Positions 40,949-53,089 of a stretch of 64,000 nucleotides of DNA are shown here, piece after piece (the stretch's first letter is position 1; the number at the start of each line of letters is the position of its first letter). A program made the translations under genes and the position numbers. The stretch comes from Octopus sinensis (taxonomy: Eukaryota), in contig NC_042997.1 of assembly GCF_006345805.1 (NCBI RefSeq), positions 146,630,001-146,694,000 on the forward strand. Direction: 5' to 3'. Under the pieces are notes generated by a model. It had not been told where the DNA came from. It saw only the letters and a list, made by a program, of their open reading frames with translations, and made no database searches.

Positions 40949-41170
40949 ATATGTTTGTGCGTCTGTGTTTGTCCCCTCAACATCGCTTGACAACCGATGG
41001 CGGTGCATTTACGTCTCCGTAACTTAGCGGTTCGGCAAAAGAACGATAGAATAAGTACTAGGTTTCCAAAGAATAAGTCCTGGGGTCGATTTGCTCGACT
41101 AAAGGCTGTGCTCCAGCATGGCTGCAATCAAATGACTGAAACAAGTAAAAGAGTAAAAAGAGAGAGTAAA
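40732..41170 (+). mobile_element. SINE family B, full copy
   Basis: ggcgcaggagtggctgtgtggtaag head through (gagtaaaa)n tail. Confidence 0.9.
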
Positions 41171-41808
41171 GAGTATATATATATAAGACAATGCACCAAT
41201 ATTTACTGGAAATAGCAGTCGATAAAATACGACGCTATGATAAAGCTTCACTGTATATATATATATATAATATATATATATAGCGGCAAAAATGCTTGCG
41301 AGCGGCGAACATAAAGAATTTCATCTTATCTGTAGGAAGAACATTAAATAAATGTACAATCCAGATGTGAATAATCTAGGACCTAGGTTTCGAACTTTCT
41401 AAATTACGTTTGTTAGCGTAAATTTGATTAGTTCTCATCAGCTAGATTCACCTAGGCAAAATCTCAAATGTCGCTACATCAATGCCTATATATACTCGTC
41501 TGAAACAAAAATAAGGCAAGGTAGAAAACGCGAAAATAATTTTATGATGAAGTAAATTTTGTAAAAGTTAGTGCCGGTTTCAGTCTTTTCTGTCTTTTTC
41601 AGTGTTTTCGACTTTTTCAACTAAGAGTAAAACAAGAAAAACAATTGAAAAAAAAAAATTAAATTAAATGTTTTCTAAATATTTCCATAGTCTTCAAATG
41701 GGTATGTCGTTTTCCTTTATTCTGTCTCTCTTTATTTTCCTTTTTGAAGGCTCGGTATGTAGTAGCAGATCTGAAGAAATAGTTTTTATGGGTGCAGAGA
41801 ATCAACAA

Positions 41809-41848
<40 letters not shown>

Positions 41849-41869
41849 TTGTATTCCAAAATGTAATCA

Positions 41870-42070
41870 CATGTGGACTGTTGGCAATTTTCTTTCCTCC
41901 GTCTGCCTTTTCTCTTGGAATTTCCTTTGTCTCCTGTTTCTGAAGAAGAGCTTTGCTCAAAAAGTAAAACACCCTTTCTTTTCTTGTCTAAGCGTCTTAT
42001 TAGTACTTTGCATGCATCATGTCCGTGCGTCATTGTTGTCCTATTTCTTCGTTTTTTTTATTATTAATCA
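41870..42070 (+). mobile_element. Hammerhead-bearing repeat, copy 4
   Basis: Aligns by eye with the reverse complement of 10699-10900 on both sides of the core. Confidence 0.7.
41936..41970 (+). ncRNA. Hammerhead ribozyme motif, probably dead
   Basis: gttt-CTGAAGA-A-GAGC-ttt-GCTC-AAAA-AGTA-aaac; perfect stems but G12 changed to A. Confidence 0.55.
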
Positions 42071-42083
42071 TATACACATACAT

Positions 42084-42174
<91 letters not shown>

Positions 42175-42504
42175 AATTAATAAACATTATCACAAAAAGG
42201 TTACTGGAGAGCTCTAAACACAATTTGAGTAATATTTCTGCTCAGTGGAAGCAACTACTGATTAAATGGATTCACCCTTATTGCAATTGACTTAATGCAT
42301 TTCGCAGTGCCAAATTAAATATTCATCTGTTTAGTCTAATGGATAAAATGTTACACGCTGAATGGTGATTATATGTCGGTCAAGTGGAGATATTATACAA
42401 TATCAAGAATAATTGTAGCTGTTGTTTATCAGTCTAATCCTGGATATGAGCTCTTGGTTATTCATCTTGTAATAATAATGTTAATATATGCAGTAGGATC
42501 AGGG

Positions 42505-42680
42505 AGGCGTTCCGACAGAATCGTTAGCACGTCGGGAATTCGTCCATCTTCGTGTTTCTTTTCATCCTTTCGGGTAGGTACTCGGTAAAATAAATATCAG
42601 TCGAATACTGAGATTGATGTAATCGACTTAATCCCTTACTCGAAATTGCTGGCCTTGTGCCAAAATTTCGAATGATTATA
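42505..42680 (+). mobile_element. SINE family A, internally deleted
   Basis: Head and tail motifs present. Confidence 0.7.
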
Positions 42681-42729
42681 TTCAGTAGGAATACAGTAGT
42701 GGGTGACAGCTTATTGTAAACTATACTAT

Positions 42730-43299
42730 CCTTGACCCTTTTGGGTCACCAATAGTTCAAGGTACCCCTAAAAACTGCGTATCTCGGGAACCCGTGGTCC
42801 CATTTACGCGAAACTTGTTTTATTCTGTTTGTATTCACATGTCAGTGGTTCTTTACTTTCAATGTATTTTCTCATTATGTGCTGGTTTGGCTATTTATAA
42901 AGGTAGCCGAAAAACCACGTATCTCGGGAACCCGTGGTCCGATTCACGCAACACTTGTTTAATTCCGTTTGTATTCCTAGTTCAGGGGCACTTTACTTTC
43001 AGAGTACCACCAGCTTGGCTGTATTAAATTACAGACAAGCACGCAAACAAATCTATCCAGGTGTTCACAGTAAAGAGCACACTACTTAAATTTGTGGAAC
43101 CCACCCTACCCCACAAAAAAACCGCGTATCTCGGTAATCCGTGGTCCGATTTACACGAAACTTGTTTTGATTCCGTTTGTATTCTCATTTCAGGGGTTTT
43201 TACATTCAGAGTATTTTCCCATTATGTGCTGGTTTGGTTGTATTAAATTACAGACAGTCACGCAAGCAAGCAGTCACTGACTTTTAATATTGTATAGAT
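42730..43299 (+). mobile_element. Helentron/HINE-like non-autonomous element
   Basis: 5' hairpin tgaccc-tttt-gggtca; three copies of gtatctcgg.aa.ccgtggtcc; 3' end gcaagcaagcagtcactgacttttaatattgtatagat. Confidence 0.55.
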
Positions 43300-43329
43300 A
43301 ATAACGATGATGATATATATAGTTATAAA

Positions 43330-44079
43330 TTTTGGCACAGGGCCAGTAATTTAGGAAGAGTGGTGTTCTCGATTACACGGACCCCAGTGCTAAGCTAGTA
43401 CTTATTTTTTCGACCCCAGCAGAAGGAAAGACAAAATCGACCTCGCCTCCATTTGAACTCAGAACGTGAAGAATCGGAAGAAAAGCCAATAAGCATTTTC
43501 TTCGACGCGCTGATTTTACCAGATTGTTGCCTTAGCGATATAGTAATCACGATAGCAATGATAGTTATATTAATGACGGTACTAACAACAGCATCAACAG
43601 CAATAATTGCCTCTAATTTAGGCACAAGGCCAACAGTTTTGAGGGGAAGGGGTTAGCTGAATTCATCGACCCCAGTACTTATGGACCATGAAAGAATGAA
43701 CGTCAAAGTTAATTTCAGCAAGTCAACTTTGCCTTTCATCATTTCGGGGATTTGAAACTAGTATATAAAGCACCAGAAGAAACGGCGTCAGACAATTTGT
43801 CTGACGCTCTAACGACTCTACCAGCGCGCCGTCCTAGAAGGAACAAAAACAATAATGATGAGGAGGATGATAATGATAATCCTTGCTACTATAGGCACAC
43901 GGTCTGAAATTTGGAGAGGGGGAGAGCCAAGGGGATAGCCAGGGCTCAACTGATATTAATGTTATCGATCCTGAAAAGTTGAACGGCAAAGTCGGCTTCG
44001 GCGGAATTTGAAACCAGGACGTAAAAACAGACTCTAAGCATTTTGTTTGGCATCCTAATGATTCTCCGAGCTCGCCGCC
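43330..44079 (-). mobile_element. Cluster of three SINE family A copies (~43330-43530, 43617-43830, 43885-44079)
   Basis: Core, tail and head motifs in each, all on the minus strand. Confidence 0.75.
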
Positions 44080-44112
44080 TTAACGAGAACGACAGCAACA
44101 ATGATGATGAGG

Positions 44113-44181
<69 letters not shown>

Positions 44182-44184
<3 letters not shown>

Positions 44185-45025
44185 GAAATAAACGGACCGG
44201 TACCCTACGAAAATGACGACCGTCAAAATAATGGGCCGGACGTTGTACCTCATGTCCCGCAATTAAAACCCAAAAGACGTAAATGGACACGTGAGGAATA
44301 CATTTCTATCTTACACGCATACTTCACAGCAATGCTCTACCCACAAAATGAAAATACAACAACACATACATATAAAATATGGAAGGAAAATAATAGAGAT
44401 ATAGACTTGGATACAGCAATGAACCCTAATAAATTAGCTAACGTACGAAGATACATTCTCAAAGCCAAAAAAATATCAGAAATAGAAATAGAACATTTAA
44501 AAGAAAAAATACACCAGGAAAATGTAGATAGAAGCCACACAACAATGCCCAATAATATAAACACTGAAACTGTAAAACACGAAGACAAACGCAACATTCC
44601 CAACAAACACGATGTAAACAACGAAGGGGAGCCTAATGATTATGATAATATAAAAAATAAAATAATCAAAGAACTAAAAACCACAGAGCTCAAAATGGAC
44701 CACCGACCATACCTCCCAAGAATAAAAATAAACGCAATAACAACACCAATTATAAACAACATAAACCTAGCCGTCACTGAACTAGCCACTGAAACAAAAA
44801 AAGTGATATCACTGAACTAAATGACTTGATATACGCAGCAGCCACTGCAGCCACAAAAGAAGCTGGATACTCACCCAAACCCGCCCAAACAGGAGTACCA
44901 CCACCCAAACAAACCCTGTGGATAAATAACATCCAAAACAAAATAAAAAAAATAGAAAAGACCTGTCGATTCTTAATGAAATCAGCAAACAAGCAACGCT
45001 ACTGAGCAACAAAAAGAGAACAAAA
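44182..45025 (+). pseudogene. N-terminal part of the Dong ORF, interrupted by two -1 frameshifts
   Basis: Frame changes at the A-runs 44796-44802 and 44945-44952; adding one A to each gives a continuous frame into the ATG at 45026. Confidence 0.8.
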
Positions 45026-47674
45026 ATGCTCCGCAAATATAACATCACAGAAAAAGATTTGCCGGAGATAAAAGAAAAGCTGAAGCAAGATATCCTTGCC
45101 AAAGCTCAAAGGATCCGCCGATACGAGAAACGCCAACGCTTCTTTGAACAGAACAAAAAGTTCAACTCCGATCCCAAAAAGTTCAACTCCGATCCCAAAA
45201 AGTTCTACCAAGAACTGGGCAAAAATAAAATAGAAGTCACTGCAGCACCAACGGCAGAAGAATTGGAAGAATTCTGGAAAGAAATATGGTCGGCGAACGA
45301 ACAGCCAAAAAAAAGGAGTATGAAAATAACAAACTCGGCATCTGAACAACTTTGGACCCCCATAACAACTGAAGAGGTCACCCAGGCACTGCAAAAACTA
45401 AGCAACTGGAAGGCACCTGGGCATGACAAGATCCCCAACTTCTGGTTGAAATATCTAACAGGAATGCACAAAAAGCTGGCTGAAAACTTTAACAGCATAC
45501 TAGCAGAGCCAGAGACAATGCCTGAATGGCTCACGAAGGGGAAAACCATCTTAATTCCCAAATCAAATGAAACAACAAAACCAGAAAACTACAGACCAAT
45601 AACCTGCCTCCCTACTATGTTCAAGGCATTTACTGCAGTGATATCGCAAAGGCTGAACAAGCACCTGGACGAAAACAAACTGTTCCCAGAAGAGCAGAAA
45701 GGATGCCGCAAGGGCTCATATGGCTGTAAAGATCAACTAATGATTAATAAAGCCGTAACTGAAAACAGCCACAGAAAGAAGAAAGGCCTCAGTATGGCCT
45801 GGATTGACTACAAAAAGGCGTTTGATAGCATCCCCCACACATGGATCCTTGAAACACTAGCCATTAACAAAGTAGCACCAACAATCATAAAATTCATAGA
45901 GCACTCTATGAATAAATGGCAAACAGTCCTACACCTCCAAACAAAAGAGGGACTCATGAAAACCAAAGACATCCCCATTAGAAGAGGAATATTCCAGGGA
46001 GACACGCTCTCTCCACTCCTTTTCTGCTTGGCACTGTCACCTCTATCTGATATGCTAAATAGAACTGGATGCGGATATAAATGTTACGGCAAAACGATCA
46101 GCCACCTTTTATATATGGATGACCTAAAACTATACGCTGCAAATGACAAACAGCTGGAAACACTATTAAAGACAGTTCATGGATTTACCAAAGAAATAGA
46201 TATGAAATTTGGATTAGAAAAATGCGCCAAAGTAACCATGAAAAGAGGAAAACTAGTTAAGAGTAACAACATCACACTAGATAAAACCAATGAAATAAAA
46301 GAATTAGACCAAAGCCAAACTTACAAATACTTAGGAATCCATGAACTAGATAAGACACAACACACACAAATGAAAGAGAAAATAAAAAAAGAATATTATA
46401 GACGAGTTAGATCAATACTAAAAACAGAGCTCAATGCTAAAAACAAGATAATAGGTATCAACACTTTATCTGTCCCAGTTATAAGTTACAGCTACAATAT
46501 CCTTAACTGGACACGAAATGAACTGTCCAAAATAGATAGGAAAACAAGAAAAATACTGACAGGATCTAGGATGCATCACCCAAAATCTGACATAGAAAGA
46601 CTATATATACAACGTATAGAAGGTGGTAGAGGCCTTATACAGCTGGAAAACTACTATAAAATAACCACCATAGGACTGCAAAAATACCTACTTCAGAAGG
46701 AAGGAAAACTGATCCAGATAGCAGCAAAACACGAGCAAAACAAAAAACTGTTCTCAGTATTTAAGGAAGCTGACAAATACAAACAAGAAATCATACCACC
46801 TAATAAACACAAAGAAGAAGAAGAAGATGATGAAGAAACAACAAAAGCTATAAAACAAATGAAATCCAAACTAAAAATAGAACAGCAGCGAGCCATGATA
46901 AAACGATGGCAAGAAAAGCCGCTTCATGGTAAATACTGCACTAAACTAAACGCAAAAGAAATAGACAAGGAAAAATCCCAGCAATGGTTGAGAAGCTCAG
47001 GACTCAAAGCAGAAACAGAGGGATTTTTAATTGCAGCACAAGACCAAAGCCTCCCCACCAGAAATTACCAAAAACATGTAATGAAAAGAAATATTACAAG
47101 TAACTGCAGAATATGTGGAGATGGACAAGAAACAATAAATCATATTATCTCTAGCTGCCCAGTCCTGGCTAAGAAGGAATATATTCACAGACATGACAGA
47201 GTTGGAACCTACATACATTGGAAGCTATGCCAACATTATGGAATAACAACAGAAAAAAGATGGTATAGACACACACCAGAAAAGGTCACAGAAAACGAGA
47301 AAGCAACCATACTCTGGGATATGCCGATACACACAGATAGAGAAATTAAGGCCAACAGACCAGATATAGTTGTCAGAGATCATGAAGAAAAAAAATGCTT
47401 TCTAATTGATGTATCAATACCGGCAGATGACAACGTGTCTCTAAAAGAAATGGAGAAACTCTCAAAATACAAAGACCTGGAAATAGAGGTAACTAGAATG
47501 TGGAACCTGAAAACAGAAACAATTCCTATCATAGTAGGTGCATTAGGCATGATAAAAAAATATTCAGACAAATACATAACAAAAACAGCAGGACTTACAA
47601 ACACATATAACATACAGAAAATTGCACTACTAGGCACTGCACACATCCTACGCAGAACACTTTCCATACAATAA
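45026..47674 (+). CDS. Reverse transcriptase plus restriction-like endonuclease (882-aa open segment)
   Basis: NWKAPGHD, YRPITCL, DYKKAFDS, QGDTLSPLLF, YMDD, YKYLG, CRICG..ETINHIISSC, RHD, RPDIV, KYKDL. Confidence 0.95.
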   Translation: MLRKYNITEKDLPEIKEKLKQDILAKAQRIRRYEKRQRFFEQNKKFNSDPKKFNSDPKKFYQELGKNKIEVTAAPTAEELEEFWKEIWSANEQPKKRSMKITNSASEQLWTPITTEEVTQALQKLSNWKAPGHDKIPNFWLKYLTGMHKKLAENFNSILAEPETMPEWLTKGKTILIPKSNETTKPENYRPITCLPTMFKAFTAVISQRLNKHLDENKLFPEEQKGCRKGSYGCKDQLMINKAVTENSHRKKKGLSMAWIDYKKAFDSIPHTWILETLAINKVAPTIIKFIEHSMNKWQTVLHLQTKEGLMKTKDIPIRRGIFQGDTLSPLLFCLALSPLSDMLNRTGCGYKCYGKTISHLLYMDDLKLYAANDKQLETLLKTVHGFTKEIDMKFGLEKCAKVTMKRGKLVKSNNITLDKTNEIKELDQSQTYKYLGIHELDKTQHTQMKEKIKKEYYRRVRSILKTELNAKNKIIGINTLSVPVISYSYNILNWTRNELSKIDRKTRKILTGSRMHHPKSDIERLYIQRIEGGRGLIQLENYYKITTIGLQKYLLQKEGKLIQIAAKHEQNKKLFSVFKEADKYKQEIIPPNKHKEEEEDDEETTKAIKQMKSKLKIEQQRAMIKRWQEKPLHGKYCTKLNAKEIDKEKSQQWLRSSGLKAETEGFLIAAQDQSLPTRNYQKHVMKRNITSNCRICGDGQETINHIISSCPVLAKKEYIHRHDRVGTYIHWKLCQHYGITTEKRWYRHTPEKVTENEKATILWDMPIHTDREIKANRPDIVVRDHEEKKCFLIDVSIPADDNVSLKEMEKLSKYKDLEIEVTRMWNLKTETIPIIVGALGMIKKYSDKYITKTAGLTNTYNIQKIALLGTAHILRRTLSIQ

Positions 47675-47768
47675 CCATCAGAGCATCACAACAAATCACA
47701 GCACATACCCAAGGCACACAGAGCTGCGCTCGGTAGTGAAGTGAATGCACGCTATAAAAACAAAACTA

Positions 47769-47873
<105 letters not shown>

Positions 47874-47914
47874 AAGAAGAAGAAAAGAAGAAGAAGAAGG
47901 AGGAGATTTTTCAA

Positions 47915-48110
47915 ATTCTGTCACAAAGCCAGCAATTTTAGGGGTTGGATAAATTGATTACATCGATTCCAGTGCCCAGGTGATACTTTATTAATCGCGT
48001 TAAGATCAAACACGAAGTTGATCTCAGGAGAATTCGAACGCACAACGTAAAGAGCCGCAAGAAATGCCGCTAAGCTTCTTGTCCGACGCGCTAATAATTC
48101 TCCCAATTCA
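47915..48110 (-). mobile_element. SINE family A, old copy
   Basis: Degenerate core and head. Confidence 0.7.
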
Positions 48111-48674
48111 TCGCATAAATAACAACAACAACAAAAATGACGATAATAATGTTTTTTATTAGCTACAAGTGCTGGAATAGATACAGAGAAAAAGAGAAGA
48201 GAATAAAGAAATTTACAAATGTGCGTACAAAAAAATTTACGCTGAGACGAAGGAAAAGTCATATAAATTTATGCCTGCAGGGCGTTAATTTCTCGATTTC
48301 TTTTTTACTTAAAAGTTATGTTTTAGTCAATAGGATACCTGTTGCTTCCTCAGTACATAAATCATATTGTGTTCTTTGGTGTTCTTGTGAGGTGTAGCCT
48401 TGGTTAATATTTTTATTGGGAACTAGATTCCAAATTGGGTTCCTTCAAATACCAAAGATAGCTTGATAGCACTGCTGGATTCCTTATTGATGACTTTCTA
48501 AATGAACAAAGATTAGAACAATACATGTCTCATTTGAAGAGCTAGTGATAACATTGTACTACTATACTACATTTTCCCTTGTAGTTTGAGCTGATGGGAC
48601 AAAAACTGAGGTTTCTGAAATTGCAATTGTTTCCATATATGCTATTAATATTATCGCTAGGTGTATTGTTAGTG

Positions 48675-48800
48675 TACTTATGTTCCCATAACTTAGCGGT
48701 TAGGTAAAAGTGAGCGATAGAATTAGTACCAGGCTTCTAAACCCAATAAGTACTGAGAGCTAGTCATTCAACTAAAAATTCTTCAAGACAGTACCCCTTA
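48675..48800 (+). mobile_element. SINE family B, 3' fragment
   Basis: cataacttagcggtt...gatagaattagtacc. Confidence 0.6.
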
Positions 48801-49382
48801 ATTAGAAGAAACGATATCCTGCGCTAACTTTGGAGCTCGAAAGTAAGACTATTTCGCAGTGCTTGGCTTAATAATTTTATAGAATTTGTGTTCACCGAGA
48901 GAATGTTTATTGAGTAAGAAGGAAAATATTTTAGCGATTACCGTGATGAAGTCAGGGTTGTATGGCGGATTAAACCAGGTTATGTTCGTATGTGTTCATA
49001 TATTCCAATTACAAAGTCTAATTCTATCCGTCCTGATATATGAGATTTTTTCAGTTTCTTATGGCATGATAGTGATGTGGATTGCTACCTTTAAAAATTT
49101 CTTCATTAGCTGAGATTCCAGACGCCTGATTTAAATAGATCTCTTTAAATTATAGACTTAGCGTAGTTTGAGAATTTGTAAATGTAGCGTAGTAACGCGT
49201 AATGAAACACTATATCTGTATCACGTATTGAGAAACAATTTTCAGATTCAACCTAGTTTGAACCCTATCAACATAGTAATAAATATATATGTTCATGTGT
49301 GCGTGTGTATGTGTATGTGCGTTCGTGTAAATTCATAAGTATACATATATATAATATGCATGTATATATACATATATATACA

Positions 49383-49466
<84 letters not shown>

Positions 49467-49992
49467 TATATATACATATATATATATGCTTGTATATATA
49501 GACGTGTGTGTGTGTGCGTGTACATACATAGATATATAGGTAGGTAGATAGTTAGGCAAATTTTACACTTATGCATACGGTATATTTATGTACATACATT
49601 AAAACACACGCATATCTGTGCGTGGGTGAGTGTGTGAGAGGAGGGGTCTACTTCTTTTGTAGTACAAGGACATAAAAGTGAACGACGCACATGCGCACAT
49701 AGAGACGTATATGAGTGTCTGTATTCACACACACGTGTATATATGGATGCGTAAATGTCTCGATATGTGTGAGTATGTGTGTGAGTGAGTGAGTGAGAGA
49801 AAGTGTTGACGTAAGCAGGATTATATATCCAAACATCCTACTTATCTTGTGTACAATGAACATATATCAGACTCTACACATTTCTGTCAGAAGAGTATAT
49901 TGAGCACTTTAAGGTTTTAGTGCCAAAAACAGAAAGACCATATGCGTGTGTACACATGTTAATTTATGTGTTTGTGTGAATGTATGCGTGTT

Positions 49993-50050
<58 letters not shown>

Positions 50051-50535
50051 TGTGAATGTATGCGTGCGTATATATGTGTGTGTGTTTGTGTGCATGTGTA
50101 TTTGAACATGAATAATGTATATGTGTATATAGATAGATAGATACTTATATAAATACATACATATTGTCTATTACTTGGGGTTAAAACATGATATATGTGT
50201 GTATAAATATATGTATGCATGTATATTTGCATATATACAGACATGTATGTACATACATATACACACATACACCTATTTACACACACACACATACACATAT
50301 ATACACACATCCATACATGTGTGTGTATGTGTGTGTGTTAGAGTGTACGTGTGTACACAAATACACAAATGCACATATACACATACTTTGCAGATTTTTT
50401 CAGACTTATGATTTTTTACTACTTTTTTTCTTTTATTTTCTATTTTTCTTTTATTTATGAGTCGCTATTTTCTTTAACTGTTACATCGTATATTCCACTC
50501 TTCTTTTATCTGAACTGTTTTGGCCGCTGGCATAC

Positions 50536-50572
50536 CATTACACACAGTTCCATCTCTGCTTGAAGCAGGCCT
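50536..50572 (-). CDS. Possible 37-nt exon (xGLLQAEMELCVM or RPASSRDGTVCNx)
   Basis: Acceptor ctttacatctctttcacag and donor ATG/gtatgc. Confidence 0.3.
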
Positions 50573-50975
50573 CTGTGAAAGAGATGTAAAGCAATTAGCA
50601 GTAAATTAACTCAAAATGAAGACACTTTCAATAGCCGGCGCGGAACCTCGTACTTTCACGTCCTGGCTCGATATTTAGGCTGCGTTGTACTTAACGTGGT
50701 CCACTTGTCACATATATTACTCCAATTTAGAGTTCTTCTTTCTTCTGTTTTCTTCTTGAAAGGAGGGGCAAGGGAATAGAGAAGTGCAACGTGTAATATG
50801 TCTGTCTGTAAGTGTGTAAATGTGTGCGTATATGTGTGTGTGTGGGGGGACCTGAATTCCGTTTGTATTATGTGTGTATGGATATAGATATACAAATACA
50901 TAAATACAATGCAATACATATACACATACACACACACACACAAACACACACATATATATAGATGTATATATATAT

Positions 50976-51030
<55 letters not shown>

Positions 51031-51236
51031 GTCTGTGTTGTATATATGTATTTGTATATCTATATCCATATATACATATATAATATATATACATACATAC
51101 GCGCACACATATACACACATGTATTTGTGTAGTAATGTGAACATATATTTAACATATGTGTGTGCGTATACATGTGTGTATTATACATGTTTGTATATAA
51201 TTATATATAATATATATATATACATGCATATATAAG

Positions 51237-51268
<32 letters not shown>

Positions 51269-51905
51269 TGTATGTATGTATGTATGTATGTATACAAATA
51301 TTTGTAAAATTATATGCTTGCATATAATGTTTGATTCCATTTTTTGAGGGCAGTGAAAATATAGGTTATTATCTATTTATATATTCACTTATGTGTTCTT
51401 GCATTCGTCCATTTCATTGTTCATGCATTTATTTCAACTTTAAGCCGCACAAAATATTCGGATTATTCTCAACTTCACTCTACCAAGATACATCGCTACA
51501 TTGCTCGTTAGAAACCATGATACTTGTTCAAAACAACGAGCGAAGCCTTTACTTAAATTTAATGGTTGTAATCGTTTGTCTTGTATGTGTCTAAGGGAGA
51601 CAAAGAAGAACTCTGACCATGACCTTATTGCAAAGGGCTCCTATATTATGTGTGTGAGTGGAGAGAAAAGAGGAGAAACTGCTACTCATAAAGTATAGTC
51701 AATTTAAAGGACATCCGCGCAGTTGCTGAATACCTAATTTCATTCACATAGTTTTGGACGACCCAGATTTATGGCGGAAGGCACTTGTGAACGAAGAGTA
51801 CCTCTCTGTGGGTGAACCCAGAGCCGCGTAATTGGGAAACGAGCTTCTTATTCACACCTCCTATCGAAGAAAAATTGAGTAACACATATTCTAAAAATAA
51901 GTATT

Positions 51906-51979
<74 letters not shown>

Positions 51980-52215
51980 ACACACACACACACACGTGTG
52001 TATATGTGTGAATGTGTGTGTACGAACGTACGTATGTATGTATGTATGTCGTTATTTAGTTTCATTTCAAGATTTCAAGCCAATAGAGAAAGAGCCGGTT
52101 TCTAACCGAGATCCCAGGTTCCTTCTATGTATCTATGTGTTTGTTCATATGTACACACATACATACGCATGTGCATACATATATACATACATACATACAT
52201 ACATGCATACATAAA

Positions 52216-52420
52216 AAGGCGTGAAGCCTAGTGTCAGAGAGTTACACTCACGATTGCAAGACGAGGTTTCGATTGCTGGATTAGACGGTGCATTGTGTTC
52301 TTGAGCAAAACACTTCATTTCAAACTGTTAAAACCCACTCATATAAAATGTGTGACCGTGCAATGGACCGACGGCCCGTTCAAGGGAAAATGTTGTAACG
52401 TTCGATAACCTGCCTTATGA
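52216..52420 (+). mobile_element. tRNA-derived CORE-like SINE, old
   Basis: cattgtgttcttgagcaaaacacttcatttc motif after a tRNA-like head. Confidence 0.65.
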
Positions 52421-52494
52421 GTTCAATATATCATATACATTACAGTACTGAAGTTGATGTACTCGACTAATCCCCTCCCTCAAAAGTACCTGAC

Positions 52495-52776
52495 ATTATA
52501 TAAAATTCAGATACAATTATGATAACTATTACATTTAATATTTCGTTCTGGGATTTGGTTTGCAAGATTCTTTATATGAGTTCGTGTGTTGAAGCATATT
52601 CTGTTGAGTCTGGGGAGAGTCATTTTCTTTTTGTGCCTTATAATGTAATACACTCACCGGTAAAATTTCCACTTATTTCTTACTTTTATTTTCCTAAAAT
52701 TTTCGTTGCGTCTTGCATTATATAAAATTCAGATACAATTATGATAACATTTAATATTACATTTTAATATTTCGTT
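52495..52776. repeat. ~55-bp direct repeat flanking a ~170-bp insert
   Basis: attatataaaattcagatacaattatgataac is exact at 52495-52526 and 52717-52748. Confidence 0.85.
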
Positions 52777-53089
52777 TCAGTAGACAAACGCATAGATCTT
52801 TCAGCACATCGTACAATGTTGTCAGGCTAAACTACACAGAAATTCATTAATTGTACAATAAAACTGCTGCTTAGGTAATATGATTTATACTACACACATA
52901 GTTATTTTCTATCTGGCAGACAGCATCATCAAAAGCTTTGTGTCTTGGGTGTGATAAAATTGCAACGATGGTCAACAGTCACCCATTGACTACAAGAGCG
53001 CCACTCTTTCAACATATACAATTTTTCATTTCTTTTTCAGCAGCAAGAATAATTGTTAATGCAAGCAACCCTTCCTTCAACATTTAAGA

